Source: a virus
Lineage: Duplodnaviria; Caudoviricetes
Virus record (IMG/VR): IMGVR_UViG_3300006045_001036
Direction: 5' to 3' (one strand)
Length of the DNA: 64,000 nt
The position numbers and the translations under genes were made by a program. The notes beneath the pieces are model-generated. The model made no database searches and was not told where the DNA came from. It saw only the letters and a program-made list of their open reading frames with translations. Within the stretch, counting starts at the first letter, position 1; each line of letters starts with the position of its first letter. This document shows positions 58,547 through 64,000 of the stretch, in pieces.

Positions 58547-59399
58547 AGCGAACCCCTCTTTTCTTCGCAAATTAATGTAACAGATGTCTACAGTTGATTT
58601 TAACTCTTCAACAAAATTTTAAACAATCCCCCGATTTCCGAAGGATTGTTCGTCAAAATTCGATTATTTGAGAGGGTTGAGGTTCTCTAAGTCGGAGTCG
58701 GCGAAGAAATATCAACTCGGTCGAGAGGACAAGTATTGTTAGCAACCCCGCACAATCCTGTACAATCTCTGCCATCGTAATCACAAGCGACGATAACCTT
58801 GTCATCAATCGCTTTCTTAGTCTTGTGCACGACTTCGGCAGTTACTGTTTCAGGAATCTTAGCCTTGTATATCATGCTATTTCCTCCATTTCAAAATATT
58901 GTTCCCGAAGCCAATGCTCTAACGAGTTATATAGCGTTGCTCCTAAACTCCGAGCGTGTGAAAGACCTTGCTCTAACATTGATTTCACCGTATCGTATTC
59001 GAGGTCGTAGGCGATGCCGTCGTGGGTGACTACTCTTCCGCCATAGTGCTTATTTCCGACCGATTTAGACACTTCACAAGAACAGCCTGTTCCCAAACCT
59101 GATTTAAATTGCTTTCTCGTATATAACAGAGTGAACCGATAACCGCCAAAATATTCGTTAGAGATTGACAAAATTGGAGTGGATGAGGATTCACCTCCGT
59201 CATCCGAGGTCGGTAACACTACACAACCCCACGATATTGAATTGTTGGGACGCTCGTCGTTCTCGTATATAAACGCTTTGCAACCGTGGTTGTGAACGAG
59301 ATTCTCAAGAGCAGCCCTCAATTTCTGTGCTTTGGTCATAGCCTTCTCCTTTCTCAATAAACAAGGACGGCGAGCGACTCCCACCGTCCTGTGACTTTC

Positions 59400-60485
59400 T
59401 TATGCCGCAATCTTAACAGGTCTTTCGTAGGTCTTCGCACTGGTGTTGTGGAGGATTCTCCACCCGAGCTGTTGCAGTTCAATGTTGCGGTCGTAATCCT
59501 TCGCCGTGTGTGCTGCTTTCGTAACAGCGTTCATTACCGAGTAAACGGAGGTCGGTCCCGCTACGTCAGATTCGTCAATGTGACTTGCGATGAGGTCAGC
59601 TTCTTTGTCGGTGAGAACGATTTCTTTGCGGAGGTTTGCAACAATCTGGATGGTCGGAGCATCAATAATTTGTTCCGCTTTCTCCTTGATTTGAGCCATA
59701 ATCTTCTCAATCTTATCTTGAGACAGGAGTTCGGCAACTTTCTCACGAATGACCTTAGGGCTAAGTCTGCGTTCTTCGGTCGCTACTTCGCAAGCGGGAA
59801 GGAGTTCGCCGAGTTCCTGTTTCTTGCCGATGTGGAAACGGCGGTAAACCCCGAGACCGTCCGAAGAGGCGGCAACCATGCCGTTAGAGCAAACAAGTCG
59901 GTATACGAAAGGCACAATGCGGAAAGACGAAAGCCCGACTTCACTGTTGTGGATTGACACGCCGAATTGGAGTTCGTCGCCGACTGTTACGGATTCGGTG
60001 AGTTTCTCCGACACAAAGCTCATTTGGAGATAGTCATCGGTAATATTCGCCGACTTCATTGTAAGCCCGAAGTCGCCGAGCTTGGAATCCTCGATTGCTT
60101 CAATGACTTCCATGTTGTCAAGTCTTTCGTAGCTGTTTGACAGGAAGGCACGAGCGATAGGATTGCCGTCTTTGTCTGTCGTATAGCGTATCATTCTCGG
60201 AGTGTCGGGGATTTCTTTCGAGATGTCGCTGATGGTGTTCATGAGGGTTGTTGAGCCGAGACCGAGCTTCTCAAGCTTTGAAGCAAACCCGCAGGGGATG
60301 CCGTGGTGAGCAAGGATTTGTCTGTATGCGTTGTCTGAAACCCGCTCTTTACCCCCGCCGAGTGCCGTGCCTAAAACGTAGTCGGCGATGTATTCACGGT
60401 TGTTGACGATAACGTCTTTGCAAGTCTTAGCGTAGTCAGTTGCTTTCGCTTTGAGGTCAGCGTATTTGTCCAATGCAATAATCAT
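59400..60485 (-). CDS. DUF932/DUF945-like phage protein
   Basis: ARAFLSNSYERLDN, GVSIHNSEVG, RLVCSNGM. Confidence 0.8.
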   Translation of the reverse strand: MIIALDKYADLKAKATDYAKTCKDVIVNNREYIADYVLGTALGGGKERVSDNAYRQILAHHGIPCGFASKLEKLGLGSTTLMNTISDISKEIPDTPRMIRYTTDKDGNPIARAFLSNSYERLDNMEVIEAIEDSKLGDFGLTMKSANITDDYLQMSFVSEKLTESVTVGDELQFGVSIHNSEVGLSSFRIVPFVYRLVCSNGMVAASSDGLGVYRRFHIGKKQELGELLPACEVATEERRLSPKVIREKVAELLSQDKIEKIMAQIKEKAEQIIDAPTIQIVANLRKEIVLTDKEADLIASHIDESDVAGPTSVYSVMNAVTKAAHTAKDYDRNIELQQLGWRILHNTSAKTYERPVKIAA

Positions 60486-60549
60486 AATTCATTCTCCTTT
60501 ATTATTGGTTGTTAATCTTACTGGGGAATCTCTGCTTGAGTAATGCGAA

Positions 60550-63088
60550 TTAGAAAGGGTAATCTTCACAGGTAAATTCTTGCTCGATTTCACCTTTGCT
60601 GTTGAGGACTGTTAAAGATTTGTACGGAGCAATATTATATGAGTTTCCGACAAACTTACAAACCCGCTCAATATCTCTTGTACAGAAGTAGGTTGGTTTG
60701 CGGGGTTCGCAAGAAATGGTCTTGATTGCCCGAGTGGACGAAGACGTTACGTAAGCGGTGTTGCCGTCCCGAGTAACAACTTTCAAGGTTCTCTTGCGAA
60801 GTTTGAATTGTGCAACGTGGTGTTCAACCAATCCAGTGAACTCCGCCATCTCTTCGTCAGTAGGGTTGCGGTAAACACGACAATCATCCCAACCCATGTC
60901 GTGAAGTTCCTTCCACGACATCGCTTTGAACTTATCAACGCTTAACCCACACTCTTTGCAGTAAGCATCAATAGCTCTGTCGTTAACCACTTTCGCCCAG
61001 TTACCTGCGAGTTCTACTGCCGTCTTGTGTTTCTCTTCGTAGTATTTGTCACCGCAATAAGCCGAAGTCAGCATCCACTTCGCATATAGTTGAATGTCAC
61101 TCATGCCGTAGTAAATGTTGTCGAAGTCTTCCCCCGACGAATTCTTGCGTGTTATGTCATTGACACAGAAATCGTGCGTGTGACGATTAAATATCAGACT
61201 CTCATGCTGTCTTCCATTACGGTCGTAGCTGACATTGAATAAGTTCGATTCCGCATCGAGCATCGTTGCTTTGCCGTTCTTGATGTTGAAAGCTTTGTAA
61301 ATGTTGTAACTCATTTCATTCTCCTATCTCATTCGGTTTGGGGAGTTCCCCCGCTCACACTTAAAGTAATGCTAACAATGTAAGGAGTTAGCACTCCAAA
61401 AATAAAACGAGGTCAACAGCGTCCCCGAAGTTCTGTGTTTCCAGCACAGCGAATATCTTGTCTTGTGCATCAGGGTCAGCATTCTCGATTGATTCCAGCA
61501 TTCTGCCGTAACTCCCTTGGGATTGTGCGAGGTTGCGAATAGCGTTCATAATTTGTTCTCTGTTCATGATGACATCCTTTCTCCTACAGCGAACTCACGA
61601 AGGAGTTCTATGGCTTTATCTAATTCCGCATCAGCGGTAGCTTGGGAACCGTAATTAGCGTGTTCGTAGAAAAGTCTGGTCGATTCGGCTTTAGCATCTA
61701 ACACGTTATCCAACAATTTCTCAAATTTATCGTTTCTGTTCATGGTTAGCTCCTTTCTAAGCCAGTGCGGGGTTATTCTTCGTGATTGATTTATACAGGT
61801 CGTAAGCAGCTTGGAATTCAATGCGGTAATCATCGTTGCGAACTTTGCCGTCCCGAGTTCCTTGTCCGATAAGACCGTTCATAATGCCCTTAATAGCAGA
61901 TACGGCTTCCTGAGGGTCGCAAGACATTGTGCAGTCGATGATACAGTCCGTGTGTGTTTGGTAAGTCGGAGCAGTGCGGAGAGTTGCCGAAACCCCTCTG
62001 TCTTCGAAAGACTGACCGATTCTTCTGAAATCAAATTTGTTCATGCTGAACTCCTTTCTAAACCGTGAATTCTTTATACTCTTCGTCAGCCGAAGTGCGA
62101 ACTCGCACACTAACTGAAACCGTTGCTTCAATGTCGTTAACCCCTGTGTAAATACTTTCATTATTCGCCACTATCGTGATTAATCCTTCATCCATGCAAG
62201 AAGCAAACATATCGGCAAATTGTTGATTAGTCATACCCAAATCATCCATTCTCTTTGTCGGGATTACTCCCGCTCACAATTAAAGTAATGCTATATGTGC
62301 TACACTATGAAACATAGACGAGGATTTCGTAGGGATTGTCAAGACCACGGAGGAAGTATTTGGTTGCCGAGAGGTAGCCGACTGTTCTTTCGTCCTCTTC
62401 TTCGAAGTTCTCGACAACACGGTAGTGGTATTCCTTGCGGGACATATCGTCGGTGTAATCAACTTTGCCGTCAACGAGAGCCATTCCCGAACCGTAACCG
62501 TAGATAGTCTTCATCATTGCGGTGAAGTGGTAATCTTCCTTGTTGTAACCGTTAAACACGTCAATCGCTTTGTTGAGTTGCTTTCTTATATTAGTTAATG
62601 TAATCATATCTTTCCTCCGTTCTACAGGCGGTCGATTATTCCGACCACGTTCCATTCGCCTTATCTGCGTTAACAAGATTTCTCAGCACCGTTTGTCTTT
62701 CAGTGTCGCTTGCATTGAGTAACCAATACACCGCTTTCTTTACATCGGATTTCTTTACCGTCTTGGCAGTGCCGTTCAACACCTTTTGCAAGTCTTCGTA
62801 TTTACCCATCTCTATCACCTCCATTCTTACTGTCGAGGTCGCCCTCTCGCTCTCTGAGAAAAGTAATGCGACTTCCAACAAAGTTAGAAGTCGCTGTTTG
62901 TGTTATTTAATTTAGAAAGGGCAGTACTCGACAACTTCATATTCATTGTCGGGAAACAACTTTCGTCGTTGACTTGCATGAGTACGAGCTGCTTTCTCGC
63001 TGTGAAACGTCATAACGGAACTTGAAAGCTCTTCTGTTACAAACCGTCCTTCAGGAAATAACTTTGACACACATTTAATAGCGAACAT
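60550..63088 (-). other. Cluster of small hypothetical ORFs, several preceded by a GCATTACTTT motif
   Basis: 60550-61314, 61564-61743, 61757-62044, 62058-62249, 62305-62607, 62636-62809, mostly with AAGGAG/GGAGG RBS. Confidence 0.6.
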
Positions 63089-63100
63089 CTAAATACCTCC

Positions 63101-63634
63101 TTAATTTTTCGGAGCAGGGATTTCAAGAAATTCATAACTGTCGGCGATGTAGGTTATTCTTTCCCTGCGTTTCTTGCCGACCGAGCTTGCAATATTGAGT
63201 CCCATTAAACCCCTGACATCGGTCTGCTTTACCTCATTTCCTGTGTTAAGACGAACATCGGCATACTTGTGAAACTCGTTCTCGGTTACGTCTTTAGCCC
63301 AGTGAAACAGATAGTCTTGCTGACTACTTCTTAAATTAAAGCACTGGATTGACCACAAATCGTTTCGAGGAATGTAGCGAATCCGAATCCACCCTCGCTT
63401 CAACAGGTCGGTCATAATTTCTTCACGAGCCTTGCCCTCGACCCCGAGCCGTTCGCCGTGCTTCTCGTAGATTGCTTCGAGTTGTTCTCGGCGAAAACTG
63501 TAGGATTCGGGGTTTGCTAAGACTTCGGTTATATGCAGGGTTGATACAGGTAAGACTTTTCCTGTCGGTGAAATCCAGTATGCGTCTGCTTTGGGGAAGT
63601 TACCCGAACCCGCAGAACTAATCAATCTAATCAT
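63101..63634 (-). CDS. Hypothetical protein (MIRLISSA N-terminus)
   Basis: AYWISPTG...H...LLKRGWIRIR; AAGGAG RBS. Confidence 0.7.
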   Translation of the reverse strand: MIRLISSAGSGNFPKADAYWISPTGKVLPVSTLHITEVLANPESYSFRREQLEAIYEKHGERLGVEGKAREEIMTDLLKRGWIRIRYIPRNDLWSIQCFNLRSSQQDYLFHWAKDVTENEFHKYADVRLNTGNEVKQTDVRGLMGLNIASSVGKKRRERITYIADSYEFLEIPAPKN

Positions 63635-64000
63635 AGTGTTCTCCTTATTAATAAGTATTGATAGGTATCAAATCCCCACATTTCGGGCAAGGACATGAAC
63701 CGCCTTTACCGCCGTGTTTATCAATATCGGCTTGAAAATTTGTATTACACTGCTTACAATGAAATTGGCGGTCTCGTGGAAATCCTTCGTTGTGAATTGT
63801 TCCATCAGAATTATACATCTTGGTTTCTCCTTTCTATTTCGGCACTCCGTAATCCCCGCTCTCGTACCGAGCCATAATCATTTGCATATCGGGGTTAGAA
63901 TACATAGGCTCATTCGGACGTTTACGCAGAGCAACGATATCTTCGATTAAAGCCGTCCGCCTTGCTGAGTTATCGGGGTGAAAGAACTCGTTCCCCAATC

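Larger units (their letters stand above)
1083..64000. mobile_element. Large prophage; left end inferred at tRNA-Gln, right end beyond the window
   Basis: Tyrosine integrase 3.3 kb from the tRNA and transcribed toward it; endolysin, holin-like, tail-fibre-like and protease-like genes, helicases, resolvase, phage tRNAs and dense co-oriented small ORFs. No second att copy is visible. Confidence 0.85.

Noticed and set aside
1-64000. CRISPR array or cas genes
   Set aside because: No regularly spaced repeat-spacer array or Cas motifs seen by eye.
1083-64000. Stop-codon recoding
   Set aside because: Recognisable genes are full length under the standard code and tightly packed; no suppressor tRNA seen.

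Overview
The first ~1.1 kb looks like Clostridia-type (Bacillota) host chromosome: the 5' end of a secreted protein gene, an ISAs1 transposase remnant and tRNA-Gln(TTG). The rest (~1.1-64 kb, running off the right edge) reads as one large prophage, probably integrated at that tRNA by a tyrosine integrase, with genes mostly on the - strand. It carries an M23/SPOR/amidase endolysin, five DNA methyltransferase genes (one with an overlapping alternative-frame ORF), tail-fibre-like genes mixed with host-like surface and hydrolase modules (BspA/DUF285-like, PHP, GH5), and a T4-gp21-like protease homolog. A translation/RNA island holds infA, rpsU, two normal tRNAs, three tRNA-like RNAs with remodelled anticodon arms, a tmRNA lacking its normal 5' end, and several unnamed structured segments. 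Further right are radical SAM, Fic, DnaB-like and SNF2 helicases, SAH hydrolase (ahcY), a RecU-like resolvase, a 1.3 kb structured non-coding/origin-like region, a PIN toxin-antitoxin pair, holin-like genes and a DUF932-like gene. The most interesting signals are the RNA island, a strand-specific GCATT(T/A)(A/C/T)TT motif at ~20 mostly intergenic sites (candidate phage-specific promoter), ahcY alongside many methyltransferases, and a shared N-terminal MI-x-(L/I)-x-S-(S/A) tag. All calls are by eye from motifs; no database searches or folding programs were run.
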